The notes under the pieces are model-generated. The model was not told where the DNA came from and did no database searches. It worked only from the letters and a program-made list of their open reading frames with translations. From contig JASLZZ010000026.1 of assembly GCA_030754595.1 (NCBI GenBank), forward strand, positions 1-64,000: a DNA stretch of 64,000 nucleotides, written 5' to 3'. The DNA is from Nitrospinota bacterium. Its GTDB lineage: Bacteria; UBA8248. Below are positions 36,824 through 49,800 of the stretch, piece after piece; position 1 is the stretch's first letter, and each line of letters begins with the position of its first letter. The position numbers were made by a program, and so were the translations under genes.

Positions 36824-37462
36824 TTACTTACCGTCCTCTTTGCCCTTTTTCTCAACATCAGAACCGTTTTTCGACCCATCCACCCTAGAGATAATCACAT
36901 CGTCGATCAAGCCATACTCTTTCGCCTCATCCGCGGTCATGAAATTGTCCCGGTCGGTATCCTTGACAATCTGCTCCAACTTCTGGCCCGTGTGGGTGGC
37001 CAGGATATTATTCAACTCCTCGCGCATCCGGAGAATTTCCCGGGCGTGAATATCGATGTCCGAAGCCTGGCCCTGGACGCCGGCAAGCGGTTGATGGATG
37101 AGAATTCGTGAGTTGGGGAGCGCGAACCGCTTCCCGGGCGCCCCCGCCGTTAAAAGCAAGGCGCCCATGCTGGCCGCCTGGCCGATGCATATCGTCGATA
37201 CGTCCGGCTTGATATACCGTATCGTGTCGTAAATGCCGAGGCCGGCGGTGACCGAGCCGCCCGGACTGTTTATGTACATCGAGATGTCCTGATCGGGCTC
37301 GTCCGCCTCCAAAAAGAGAAGCTGGGCGGTTACGACGTTGGCGATATGATCGTCTATCGCGGTGCCCAGAAATACGATTCGATCCTTCAGGAGACGGCTA
37401 TATATATCGTATGCACGCTCCCCGCGACTTGTCTGCTCTACAACCATCGGGATGAGTCCCAC
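36824..37462 (-). CDS. clpP: ClpP protease
   Basis: [25 protein letters not shown] and IHQP. Confidence 0.98.
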   Translation of the reverse strand: MGLIPMVVEQTSRGERAYDIYSRLLKDRIVFLGTAIDDHIANVVTAQLLFLEADEPDQDISMYINSPGGSVTAGLGIYDTIRYIKPDVSTICIGQAASMGALLLTAGAPGKRFALPNSRILIHQPLAGVQGQASDIDIHAREILRMREELNNILATHTGQKLEQIVKDTDRDNFMTADEAKEYGLIDDVIISRVDGSKNGSDVEKKGKEDGK

Positions 37463-37476
37463 AACCTGCCCCTTTC

Positions 37477-38820
37477 CTACTCTGATTTATAGGAATCCTC
37501 CGGCGCGACTTGATCTTCCTCAGCCTCACCGACTTCTTCGATTTTTATTTCTACCTTGGACTGATCATACAGCCAATCGACCGTTTTATTATAGTTGATA
37601 TTTCTGACGAACGACTCCATGCCGCCGGTCGCCTCCATTCGCTCCCGAAGCTGGTCCGGCTCCATCTGGTAGCGGACGGACAGACCGGCCAGGTGAGCAT
37701 CAACCTCCTCGGGCCCGGCGTTTAATCCTTCCGACTCCCGAATCCGTTCAATCAAAATCATCTGCCTGACCCGCTCCTCCGCCTGGGGAAGAATGCTTTC
37801 GCGCATCTGCTCCCTCTGGCCCGTGGTAATCTCCAGGTTCGAATTTTCCTGGCTCGCCTGACGCTCGTACTCGGCGATCCGGTCGTCGGCCTCGGAGTTG
37901 ATCAGCGAGGCCGGGACCTCGAAAGAATGCATCTCGGTGAGCTTGGTCAAAAGCAGGGTGTTGCCCTGCTGGCGAACGTTGGATTCTTCTTGCGCTTCAA
38001 GCTCTTTATTGACCTGTTCGCGGAATTCATCGACCGTGGAAAGACCGCCGCCCAGAGAGCGGACAAAATCATCGTCCAGCGCGGGAGGATGGGCCTCTTT
38101 GATGCTCTGGACCTTGACATGAAACCGCAGGGTCTTGCCCGCCATGTTCGGCGGCTCCTCTTCGGGAATATCGATTTCGAAATCCTTTTCCTCACCCTGT
38201 TTCATCCCGATCAGCACCTCTTCAAGCTCTTTCTCGTTCCGACCCCCGCCCAGCAGCAGCGCCTCGTTTTTCCGATCAGTATCGGGAACCGGGGCATCTC
38301 CGTCAAAACCCGCGATGTCGAAAGTAACGTAGTCTTCCTCCCGGGCGGCCCGCTCCACATCCTCATAGCTGGCTGCCTGCATGAGGAATCGGTTAATTTG
38401 CTCCTCGATCATTTCTCCGGTCACGGGGCGGCCGCCGATTTCAAGCTCGATCCCCTTGTATTCGCCCATTTCGAAGGGAGGAATTACCTCGACAGTCGCC
38501 TTGTAGGTAAGATCGGCCGATTCGTCGTCGTTAACGATATCAGTGACATTCGCCTCTCCGACAGGGCGCATTCCCTTCTTTTCGAGCAGGTCCCTGTACG
38601 AAGTGGAAATGACCCGGGTGACGACCTCGGCCTGGACTTCCTCTCCATAGTATTGCTCTAGAATCCGGCGGGGCACTTTTCCTTGCCGGAAACCCTTGAT
38701 TTTCACCTGGCCCGCCAGGCGCGAATAGGTGCGGTTCACCTCTTTGGTCACTTCGGCCCGGGGAATGGCCACCTCCAGGCGCTTGGTGCATTCGTCGATA
38801 TCGGTGATAGTGGATGTCAT
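37477..38820 (-). CDS. tig: Trigger factor
   Basis: GFRQGKVP ribosome-binding motif and FKBP domain; tig-clpP-clpX-lon synteny. Confidence 0.95.
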   Translation of the reverse strand: MTSTITDIDECTKRLEVAIPRAEVTKEVNRTYSRLAGQVKIKGFRQGKVPRRILEQYYGEEVQAEVVTRVISTSYRDLLEKKGMRPVGEANVTDIVNDDESADLTYKATVEVIPPFEMGEYKGIELEIGGRPVTGEMIEEQINRFLMQAASYEDVERAAREEDYVTFDIAGFDGDAPVPDTDRKNEALLLGGGRNEKELEEVLIGMKQGEEKDFEIDIPEEEPPNMAGKTLRFHVKVQSIKEAHPPALDDDFVRSLGGGLSTVDEFREQVNKELEAQEESNVRQQGNTLLLTKLTEMHSFEVPASLINSEADDRIAEYERQASQENSNLEITTGQREQMRESILPQAEERVRQMILIERIRESEGLNAGPEEVDAHLAGLSVRYQMEPDQLRERMEATGGMESFVRNINYNKTVDWLYDQSKVEIKIEEVGEAEEDQVAPEDSYKSE

Positions 38821-38905
38821 CGTCTTCCAGAAGACCCTCATGAAGGGCGCTGTCGGCCGGCACCCATGATTAAACCGGGCGGAGGGCTATGAGCCCTCCC
38901 GCCGG

Positions 38906-38990
38906 TGGTGCGAAGGGGGGGACTCGAACCCCCATGCCCTAGGGCACTGGATCCTAAATCCAGCGCGTCTACCAGTTCCGCCACCCTCGC
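38906..38990 (-). tRNA. tRNA-Leu(TAG)
   Basis: GCGAGGGTGGCGGAACTGGTAGACGCG-CTGGA-TT-TAG-GA-TCCAG, long variable arm, GGTTCGAGTCC and ACCA end. Confidence 0.96.
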
Positions 38991-39037
38991 TCAAAACCCT
39001 TGCGGCGAAGCTCGGTGCCCGGCCACCAAGCGAGTGT

Positions 39038-39066
39038 ACTTTATTTACTCTATGAATGGGGGTCAA
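39038..39066 (-). promoter_or_regulatory. Sigma70-type promoter for tRNA-Leu-tig
   Basis: TTGACC-N17-TAAAGT on the minus strand. Confidence 0.55.
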
Positions 39067-39196
39067 ATGCGGACCTGAAGTGCATATTAGACGTTAACAA
39101 TCAACAAGATGGAACGTCATCCTCCGAAAGCCGCCCGGTCCGGCGGCGGACGAAAACCCACGGCGAAACCAGACTCTCGATCTTTAAAAAAAAATG

Positions 39197-39988
39197 CTAC
39201 TCGCGGGCACCCTCGATGAATGCATAAGCGTTGTGGGAGTGAATCGATTCGAAATTCTCGACGCTCACCTGAAACCAATTGACGCGCTCGTCCTTGCGAA
39301 ACCTGAGAGCCACCTCTCGCACAATGTCCTCTACGAACCGGGGATTATCAAACGCCTTTTCGGTCACAAACTTCTCGTCCTCGCGCTTGAGCACAGGGTA
39401 AAGATCGCAACTCGCCGACTCCTCGACCATCTCAACCAACTCTTCGATCCACAGCTCCCCCCTGAAGCGCACCTTCACATCCACATTCCCGCGCTGGTTG
39501 TGCGCCCCACGATCCGATATTTCCTTGGAGCAAGGACAAAGCGTCGCGATAGGAACGCTGATGCTGAGCACAAAGTCGTCCATCTTGCCGGAGGAGGCCT
39601 CAAATCCGCACTCGTATGCCATCATCCCCGACGCACCGGTGATAGGCGCCTTTTTTTCCATGAAATAGGAAAACGTCACGGCGAAATGCGCTGTCTCCGC
39701 CTCGAGCCGATCGCGCATCCGGCGCAGAATCTCGGGAACTCTCTCCACGCTGATTCGACCGGTGTGCTCGTTGAGCACCTCGAGGAACCGGCTCATGTGG
39801 GTGCCCTTGAAATGGTGGGGCAGATCCACATACATGTTCACCGTGCCTATCGTCTGCTGCGCCTCGTTCGAGCGATCCTTCACCGTGATCGGGTAGCGGA
39901 TGTCTTTCACCCCCACCTTATCGATCCGGATTTTGCGCTCATCCGAGCCCGCCTGAACGTCGACCAGACCTTCTGAAATTTCGGCCAT
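39197..39988 (-). CDS. folE2: GTP cyclohydrolase I type IB
   Basis: IDKVGVKDIRYP, KGTHMSRF, LCPCSKEIS, GAHNQR and ESIHSHNA. Start set at MAEISEG. Confidence 0.93.
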   Translation of the reverse strand: MAEISEGLVDVQAGSDERKIRIDKVGVKDIRYPITVKDRSNEAQQTIGTVNMYVDLPHHFKGTHMSRFLEVLNEHTGRISVERVPEILRRMRDRLEAETAHFAVTFSYFMEKKAPITGASGMMAYECGFEASSGKMDDFVLSISVPIATLCPCSKEISDRGAHNQRGNVDVKVRFRGELWIEELVEMVEESASCDLYPVLKREDEKFVTEKAFDNPRFVEDIVREVALRFRKDERVNWFQVSVENFESIHSHNAYAFIEGARE

Positions 39989-40025
39989 TTCGGATGGTTC
40001 TCCTTGGTCTAATACCGCGGCGCGG

Positions 40026-40361
40026 TCAGCGCCCGGGGTTTTCCAAACGGCGTCGGTCGATCTCCGCCATCTTCTCCGAGACTGCTTCGGCGAGGTCAAT
40101 CCCCCGTTCATTCGCATAATTGAGAACCGCGATCAAGACGTCCGCCGCCTCATCGGCGTAGTCCGCATCCTCGGAGACGGTCCCTCTCCATTCTTTCTTC
40201 TCGAGGTTGGCGAGTTCGCCCGCCTCTCCACAAAGCTCAAGCGCAAAAAAACGGGGCTCACGGGCCGGAAAAACCGCCCGCTGGTAGGCCATAAACTCAG
40301 CCTGGAGCGCCTGAAGTCCCCCGTAGGAGCGAGGCAGGAGGGATGAGCCGTCCTCGGTCAC
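40026..40361 (-). CDS. MazG-like nucleotide pyrophosphohydrolase
   Basis: LELCGEAGELANLEKK...DEAADVLI, the all-alpha NTP-PPase ExxE...ExxD pattern. Start uncertain. Confidence 0.75.
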   Translation of the reverse strand: MTEDGSSLLPRSYGGLQALQAEFMAYQRAVFPAREPRFFALELCGEAGELANLEKKEWRGTVSEDADYADEAADVLIAVLNYANERGIDLAEAVSEKMAEIDRRRLENPGR

Positions 40362-40557
40362 GCCAGACACTTCCTTCCTATCTAAATACGGCCCGCCCCT
40401 CGGAGGCGGGAATCCGGCAGTTTCCCACCGCCCCCCCTCCACGTCAATTGACGCTCCGGTGCGTGTGGGCCTAATCTGGCCACCTTCGAAAAACCACCGG
40501 TCCAGGCTCTCGTCCCGGGCATGGGCGGCCAATACACCTTTTCCAAGGAGAAACGCG

Positions 40558-41553
40558 GTGCCGAATATCGATTTGCATCATCATATTTTCATCCCCGAAA
40601 CAGAAACCATCGCTTCGAAAGAGCGCGAGCAGCGGCCCCAACACGCTGACAGCTTCGAGGGGTTCTTTCCCGCGGAATCCTCCCAGCATAACCAGAAGCT
40701 TTTCAAGGCAAACTGGCGCGAGCAGCTCGCCGATGCCGACCGAAAGCGCAAGGATATGGTGGACGACCGTCTCGACATGGCGCTCGTCTCGCCCTCGCCC
40801 CCTCATTTTTACTACTGGATTGGAGGTTCGGCGGGAAACGACATCGCCCGGATGACGAATGACGGCATATCGGCCTTCTGCAAGGCCGATCCCGATCACT
40901 TCAGGGGCATCGGCAACGTACCCCTCCAGAACGGGGGAGAACCAGCGGCGGCCGAGCTCGAGAGGGCGATGGGTCTGGGCCTGCTGGGTTGCGTCGTGAG
41001 CGACCGGGTGGGGGCCCAGGCGCTCGACGAACCCCAGTTCGAGCCCTTCTGGGCGGCAGCCGAACGGCTCGGAGCGCTCGTGATGATTCACCCGGATTTC
41101 GCGGATTTCAGACCCCTGTTCCCCTATTACATGGCGAACCATATCGGGAATCCGCTTTCGACGACGGTCGCGGCGACGCGGCTCATCCTTTCAGGCCATT
41201 TCGAGCGCTACCCGGGTCTAAAGGTCATCCTCTCCCATGCGGGCGGGAACCTGCCCTGGGCGATCGGGCGCGTTCAGCACGCCTGGAACGTGCGTCCCGA
41301 AACGAAGGTGCACACCCCGCACCCCCCGCGGCACTATTTCAAGAACCTCTACTTCGACGTAATCACGTTCAACCAATCGGCGGTCAGATGGATGGTCCAG
41401 GAAGTCGGCGCCGACCACGTCGTCTGCGGGACCGATTATCCTTACGACATGATGCAGGAGCGCGTGGTAGATTATGTCGAAGGCTCGGGGCTGACCGCCG
41501 AGGAAACGGAAAAGGTTCTGAGCGGAAACACCTCAAAGCTCATCGGGCTCTAG
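40558..41553 (+). CDS. Amidohydrolase_2 family (ACMSD-like decarboxylase/hydratase)
   Basis: IDLHHH, MIHP, SHAGG and GTDYPYDM. GTG start at 40558 after an AGGAG SD. Confidence 0.85.
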   Translation: MPNIDLHHHIFIPETETIASKEREQRPQHADSFEGFFPAESSQHNQKLFKANWREQLADADRKRKDMVDDRLDMALVSPSPPHFYYWIGGSAGNDIARMTNDGISAFCKADPDHFRGIGNVPLQNGGEPAAAELERAMGLGLLGCVVSDRVGAQALDEPQFEPFWAAAERLGALVMIHPDFADFRPLFPYYMANHIGNPLSTTVAATRLILSGHFERYPGLKVILSHAGGNLPWAIGRVQHAWNVRPETKVHTPHPPRHYFKNLYFDVITFNQSAVRWMVQEVGADHVVCGTDYPYDMMQERVVDYVEGSGLTAEETEKVLSGNTSKLIGL

Positions 41554-41572
41554 GACGCCGGGGAGGCACGCC

Positions 41573-42775
41573 TCAACCCGTTTTGGCGGGGCGCTTTCCG
41601 GCCAGAAGGTCTTCGAGAAAGTCCCGGGTGCGGAGCGCGATGTCCGGCCAGGAGAACACCTCCGCCAGCACCCTGGAGCCCTCACGGAGAAGCCCCCACC
41701 GAGCGGGGTCGTCCATGATCGCCGCCACTTCGGCGGCGAGCGCCCCGGCATCCCCGAAGGGGACCGAAACGAAATTTTCCCCCGCCCGGAAATACCGGGT
41801 GGCGATGTTCGGGGGGGTGCTCACAATCGGGAGTCCGTGGACGATGGCGGCCATCAGCGACCCCCGCCGCGAGGAGATCCCCCCTTCAAACGGCGCGAGG
41901 AACAGGTCCGCCGCCAAAAGTATTTCCGTCACCAACTCGGCGGAAACGTAGCCCGTCCAAATCACCTCGTCCGCCAATCCATGCGCCCGGGCCCGGTCCT
42001 GGAGTTCGGGGTAAAAACCTCCGTCATCCTCGCGCCGCCCTCCAATCATGAACAGGCGGAACGCCCAATCCGCTTCTTTCCATTTTCCCGCCGCCTCAAG
42101 GATTTGCTCGGCTCCCTTACCGGGGTAGTAGAGCCCGAAATGCGCGAGGATCATTACTTCCTCGGGCAAACCCTCCTCGTCCCGCACCCTGCGGCGGACC
42201 GCCAATCGCGCGGCCGCCTGGTCCCCGGCCGCCGTGCGGTCCCCAGCCGGTTCAATGTTAGCACCGATGGGGACCTCCCAAAGCTTTCGCAGCGCCCAGC
42301 GCATGTACTTTCCTATCAGGTAGGTTACCTCCTCGTTCGTGCTGAGGATGGCCGGAGCGGTAGCGAGCATGAGACCGGCCCCCGCTTTCGAGGAAAAGGT
42401 CGGCCCGCCCGCGGTATGCATCGAGAGCGCGGCGGGAACGCCCGGCGCAAGCAGCTTCATCGCCACCGGCAAGAGATTGATCCAAATCGGCGAGGGCGAG
42501 TAAAGATCAGGGGCATACTGAACGAGAAGGGCATCGATCTTTTCATCGCGCGCCGCCCGGGCGATTTTCGCGAGAGACCCCGGCCCCCACTCACGAACCA
42601 GGGGTATCACCCTCGCGCCGTCCGATTCCGATGCCCCGCTGTAGTCGAGACTCGTGAATACCCGCACCTCGACCCCGCACCGCACCAGATCGGGAACGAG
42701 TTTCTTGGTGAAATCGCCTATGCCGCAGGGCTCCCGGTTAGTGGGATAGCTGGGGCTGAGGATTCCAATCCTCAC
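41573..42775 (-). CDS. Glycosyltransferase family 4
   Basis: CGIGDFT, FGLYYPGKG, AADLFLAPF and SLMAAIVHGLPIVST. Confidence 0.85.
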   Translation of the reverse strand: MRIGILSPSYPTNREPCGIGDFTKKLVPDLVRCGVEVRVFTSLDYSGASESDGARVIPLVREWGPGSLAKIARAARDEKIDALLVQYAPDLYSPSPIWINLLPVAMKLLAPGVPAALSMHTAGGPTFSSKAGAGLMLATAPAILSTNEEVTYLIGKYMRWALRKLWEVPIGANIEPAGDRTAAGDQAAARLAVRRRVRDEEGLPEEVMILAHFGLYYPGKGAEQILEAAGKWKEADWAFRLFMIGGRREDDGGFYPELQDRARAHGLADEVIWTGYVSAELVTEILLAADLFLAPFEGGISSRRGSLMAAIVHGLPIVSTPPNIATRYFRAGENFVSVPFGDAGALAAEVAAIMDDPARWGLLREGSRVLAEVFSWPDIALRTRDFLEDLLAGKRPAKTG

Positions 42776-42811
42776 AGTGGATATTCCTGGCGGGCGGTGG
42801 GTCCGGAGGGG

Positions 42812-44695
<1,884 letters not shown>

Positions 44696-45120
44696 TCAGG
44701 AACTCGGCGGCAGTATTTCCCTTATTATAAACATAGAACCCGGAAGGGAACAGGGCACGAAAAAAACGATTCCACAGGGCTGGATGCGGTGAAATGGGTT
44801 CAAGAGGGTTTTTCGAGATCTTGTCGGCGCCAGGTTTCATGCGGAAAATTCAGTAAATTCACACGAATACAAAGTTTTCCGCTGAAACTCCCGCCGAGGT
44901 GCGCTAAAACAGGACCTTCCGTTCGCGCACGAGCATGGACATTACGGGCTTGATTGTTATGGTTTGCAGCGAAGCACCGGTCCGCAATAATGACCCTTGG
45001 ACCCGGTTGGGTCCGGCGCGAAAAATCGTGACCTCATTGCGAATCGATGTATTGAGCGCCTGCTTCATATGTGATTTTGTCCAGCTCTTCATCAGGTTTT
45101 GTCGCGGATAGGAGAAAAAT

Positions 45121-45903
45121 ATGCGGTGGGCGAGAATCGAAGTTGCCGGAAAGGTTTATTTCGGAATCATCGAGGGGGATTCCGTTAAAATTGTCGATGG
45201 CGACCCCTTCGAGGGCTACCGGGAAACCGATGAGAGACACGCTTTAGCGGATGTCAAACTGCTGGTCCCGGTCGTCCCGAAGACATTCTACGCGGCGGGC
45301 CTGAACTATGTGGCGCATGTCGAGGAGCAAGCGCGCCTCCACGGCAGGGAAATCAATCTGCCGAAAAAAGCCGACGTCGGATATCGGGCCAACAATGCAC
45401 TGATCGCCCACGGCGAGACCATTACTCTTCCAAGGGATGTTACGGAAAAGGTCGAGTACGAAGGCGAGTTGGTCGCGGTCATCGGCAAGAAGGCGAAAAA
45501 TATCGCGGAGACCGAAGCGCTCGACTGCCTTCTCGGCTTTACGATCGGAAACGACCTCACCGAGCGCAGCTGGCAAAAAGAGGACCGCACCCTTTGGCGG
45601 GCAAAAAACACGGACACCTTTTCGCCGATGGGGCCATGGATCGACACCGATGCGAAGCTCCAGGGAATGGAAACCATCGTCAAGGTCAACGGCGAGGAAA
45701 AAATCCGTTTCGAGACCAATAATATGTTGTTCAGCGTTCAGCATTACCTGAGCACCATCTCCAAATATATCGAGCTTCAGCCGGGCGACGTGTTCTGGAT
45801 GGGCACCGAGGGCGACTCGCCGAATTTAATACACGGCGATGTCGTTGATATCGAGATCACCGGGATAGGCACGCTCAGCAATCCCATCGCGAAGGAAAAC
45901 TGA
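45121..45903 (+). CDS. Fumarylacetoacetate hydrolase family protein
   Basis: AGLNY, EYEGEL, GNDLTER, AKNTDTFSPMGP and LQPGDV. Confidence 0.9.
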   Translation: MRWARIEVAGKVYFGIIEGDSVKIVDGDPFEGYRETDERHALADVKLLVPVVPKTFYAAGLNYVAHVEEQARLHGREINLPKKADVGYRANNALIAHGETITLPRDVTEKVEYEGELVAVIGKKAKNIAETEALDCLLGFTIGNDLTERSWQKEDRTLWRAKNTDTFSPMGPWIDTDAKLQGMETIVKVNGEEKIRFETNNMLFSVQHYLSTISKYIELQPGDVFWMGTEGDSPNLIHGDVVDIEITGIGTLSNPIAKEN

Positions 45904-45996
45904 AACCGGGGGCTACATTCACTCGGACACCCGTGCCGATGCGCCCGTGGTGAGTGAGCGGGGTCTTTTTGGCGGAATTTTTTAAGGGGTCTTTTT

Positions 45997-46833
45997 ATGC
46001 AAATCGTTGATTCACAAGTCCATATCTGGGGCGCGGACGCGCCCGATCGGCCCTGGCCGCCGCTGGGGCTCAAGCCGCACCGTCCGGCGCCGTTTTCGGG
46101 GGAGGACCTCCTCCGCGAAGTGGACGAGGCCGGTGTCCACCGCGCGGTGATCGTCCCCCCGACCTGGGAGGGAGATCGCAACGATCTGGCGCTCGAGGCG
46201 GCGCGGCTGCACCCGGATCGGTTCGCCATCATGGGACGCATCGATCTGGAATCGCCCGAATCGCGCGGACTGATGGCCTCCTGGCGGCGGCAACCCGGGA
46301 TGCTGGGTCTGCGGCTGACGTTTAAACATTCGCCCCTCCGGGAGACACTTTCCGAAGGGCGCGCCGACTGGCTTTGGGCCGATGCGGAGCGGGCCGGCGT
46401 GCCGATTATGGTCTTAATCGATTGGGAGCAAATCCGCCTCATCGATCGGGCCGCCGAACGTCACCCGGGTTTGAAACTCGTCCTTGATCACCTGTGCATT
46501 CCCAGCGGGATGAAAGACGAGGAAGCATTCGAGGGCCTGGATAAAGTGCTGGCGATGGCCAAGCGGCCCAACGTCGCGGTCAAGACGACCGCCTTCCCAA
46601 GATACAGCACCGAGGACTACCCCTACAAAAATCTTCACCCCCACCTCCGCCGCGTCCATGACGCATACGGCCCGAAACGGGTGTTCTGGGGGTCGGATCT
46701 GACCAGCCTGCCGTGTTCCTACGGCCAGGCGGTCGCGATGTTCACGGAAAATATTCCGTGGCTATCGCCCGAGGACAAGGAGTGGATAATGGGCCGCGCA
46801 TTACGCGAATGGTTGGATTGGCCGCTTGAATAA
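45997..46833 (+). CDS. Amidohydrolase_2 family (lactonase-like)
   Basis: IVDSQVHIW, LVLDHL, PNVAVK and FWGSD. Confidence 0.85.
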   Translation: MQIVDSQVHIWGADAPDRPWPPLGLKPHRPAPFSGEDLLREVDEAGVHRAVIVPPTWEGDRNDLALEAARLHPDRFAIMGRIDLESPESRGLMASWRRQPGMLGLRLTFKHSPLRETLSEGRADWLWADAERAGVPIMVLIDWEQIRLIDRAAERHPGLKLVLDHLCIPSGMKDEEAFEGLDKVLAMAKRPNVAVKTTAFPRYSTEDYPYKNLHPHLRRVHDAYGPKRVFWGSDLTSLPCSYGQAVAMFTENIPWLSPEDKEWIMGRALREWLDWPLE

Positions 46834-46879
46834 AGCGATCGGGATTCAAATGAACTTTGAGACAGGCCGGGGGATTTTC

Positions 46880-49800
46880 TTATTTTGGCCGGGAAGCGTC
46901 GGGAAGAAGGCCGTTGAGCATTTCCACCACGTGACCCACGAAATCGTCCTGTGAGGTTTTCAGCTTGGTCAGGAACATGGTCGTTTCCGTGGCGAGCCGC
47001 TTTCCCTCCTCGGCGGTCGGTTCCGAGGCCGAGTAAACGATAATCGGAATTTTCCTGGGCTCCAGCTCGTCGCGGAGGACATCCATCACATAGAATCCGT
47101 CTCCGCCGGACATTACGATATCCATGACAATGAGATCGGGCGCCGCCTTGCGGAATTTTTCCACAGCCTCGAAACCGTTCGCCGCGGTTTCCACCCGGAT
47201 ATTTCTATTCTCGAGTAGGCGGGTGATGACGGAGCAGAGGTCGGGATCATCGTCCACGACGAGGGCGGTCACTGGCTTTCCCAGCTTGATGGCGGCCTTG
47301 AGCCTAGCGAGCAAGCGAGTCTCATCAAGGGGTTTGGTGATCCAGTCAAAGAGGAAGGGAGCCGGAAGGTCGGGAATTTCGACACGCTCCTCTACGCTCA
47401 AGACAATAGCCGGGGGGCGGCGGCTTTCCGGATATCCCTTGATTTCGTTCAACAGGTCAATTCCGCTCATGCCGGGAAGATTGATGTTCAGCACTACGGC
47501 GGCCACCTCGTTTTCATCCAAGTAGGCCAAGGCCTCCTCCGCCGAATAGGTGGGGACGACGGAATATCCCTCGTTTTCCAGAATAACCTTCATCAGGCGG
47601 ACAAAATCGATATCGTCCTCGCAAACAAGTACGGAAGGTTTGACCAATTATCTGGGAGCGGGAATCCGGACCGGAGCCGGCTCCGTCCGGGAGAGAGTAA
47701 AGAAGAAGATGCTGCCCTCGCCCGGCTCGCTTTCCACCCAGATTCGGCCCCCGTGCTGGGTGACGATGGCGCTGCATATGGCGAGGCCGAGGCCCGTCTC
47801 CCCCTTTTCCCGACGGTCGGAAGAGTCCACCTGCCTGAACCTGTCAAATATGCCACCGAGCGCCCCGGAGGGGATGCCGCGCCCGTTGTCCTCCACCCGA
47901 ATCTCGGCTTTGCCCTCGAGGCACCTGGCGGCGAGGGAGATTCGGCTCCCTGGTTCTGAAAATTTGACCGCGTTGGAGATAAGATTCGTCAAAATCTGGA
48001 TAACAGCGTCGCTGTCCACGTCCACCAAACAGGCCTCGACTTTCTTTTCAATCTCGATCCCGCCTTCCGCCGCGAGCCCCCGCATCTCCTCAATCGCCCG
48101 GTCCAAGAGCTCCTCCACTTGAAAGGAGGATATTCGAAGCTCCATTTTCCCGGATTCGATTTTCTCCAGATCGAGGATGTCACTGATCAACCGAATGAGC
48201 CGGTCCGTGTTGTTGACCGCGATCGTAAGGAGCTCCTCGCCTTGGCCGGTCAATTCGCCTACGACACCTCCGGCCATCAGGACCAAGGAGCCCCTAAAGG
48301 AGGTCAGAGGTGTTCGAATTTCGTGGGAAACCACCGAGATAAATTAGTTTTTCATACGGTCTATCTCGTTGCGCTCGGTAATGTCCCGAAGAATTCCGGT
48401 ATATAATCGTTTATCTCCGACCACGACTTCGCCGACTGATAGCTCAATAGGAAAAATTTCTCCGCTTTTGCTCCGTCCCTCGAGCGCTCGGACGATACCA
48501 ATGGCCTTGCGCACTCCGGTAAGGGGGTAGGCATCAAGGTGGGCGTCATGTTCCTCGCTGTATGGAGAGGGCATAAGAAGATTAATCTTTCGTCCGACAA
48601 TTTCATCGGAAGTATATTCAAACATTCTTTCGGCGGCCTGGTTGAAAAGGGTTATAAATCCCTCTTCGTCGATGGCGATTACGGCATCCTGGGCGGAATC
48701 GAATAGCGCCCGGAACTGGGCCTCGGAAAGCTCAAGTCGTTGAGCGTGGGAACTTACCTCCTCGATGCGCTTTTCCAGATCGGCGTTCAGCGACCTGATT
48801 TCTTCTTCAGCCACGACCTGCAGGGTAAGATCTTTGTGGACCGCAGAAAGTGCAATTATGATTCCTTCATGATTCCTTACCGGTGAATTTGTAATGCTTA
48901 CGGGGACAAGGGAACCACCTTTTTTAAGACGGTTCGCCTCAAATATAACAGGCTTATTGGTTTGCATAACTGTTTCGCTCCGCGAAGGATCGGTTCCATC
49001 CTTAGGGAAAAGAATCCCTACGCTTTTGCCGAGCATTTCATCTTTTCGGTATCCGTATAAATTATCAGCACCTAGATTCCAATCGATAATTTCTCTGTCA
49101 GTGTTACATATAAAAATGGCGTCGGCGTTGTCGCGAATCACGCTGTCGAGAAAATACCGGTTGCGCCTCGCTTCTTGAAAAAGTGCAGCATTCCGAATCG
49201 CCCCTCCCAGGTGAGAGGCGATGGAGGTCAGAAGCGATTCTTGCTCTTTGGAGAACGCTCCCATTTCCTGGCTGGAAAGCTGTAGATGTGCGACGCACCG
49301 ATTTTCCTGCAAAATGGGAGTGACGATAGTGCTGCGGTATCCTCTTTTAAAATGCAGACTATCCCGCCACGGCTTCTCTGCCAGATCCGGAATGATGTAG
49401 GGCTGCTTTTCGAAATAAGCCTTTCGGGGAACGAGCCCTCTGCCCATGTGCTCGTATGTGTCCGAGTTTTTTTGGACATCTTCATGCTCAAAGTAGTGGT
49501 ACCAGTCATAAGACTCTTTCTCGGGGTCAAGACATGCGATTACTATCCGATCGCAGGACACCACGTTTCGGATTTCATTGATGACGGTTGTAAGTACCTC
49601 ATTCGGCTCGAGCTCGGACCCGACGGCCCGGGCGATTTCGCCAACTATTTCCAAGCGCTCCGCCCGCTCCTCGGCCGCCTGGAGTAGCATGGAATTCTGC
49701 AGGGCCACGTTGATGTGACCGGAGAGGGAAATCAACTGCTCCACCTGGTCGCCGGAGAAGGCATCAACGCGCGTGCTGGACAGGGCGATATGGTCGGCGC

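Noticed and set aside
32681..38990. Prophage or island integrated at tRNA-Val or tRNA-Leu
   Set aside because: No integrase, no duplicated tRNA 3' end, and both tRNAs are flanked by core genes.
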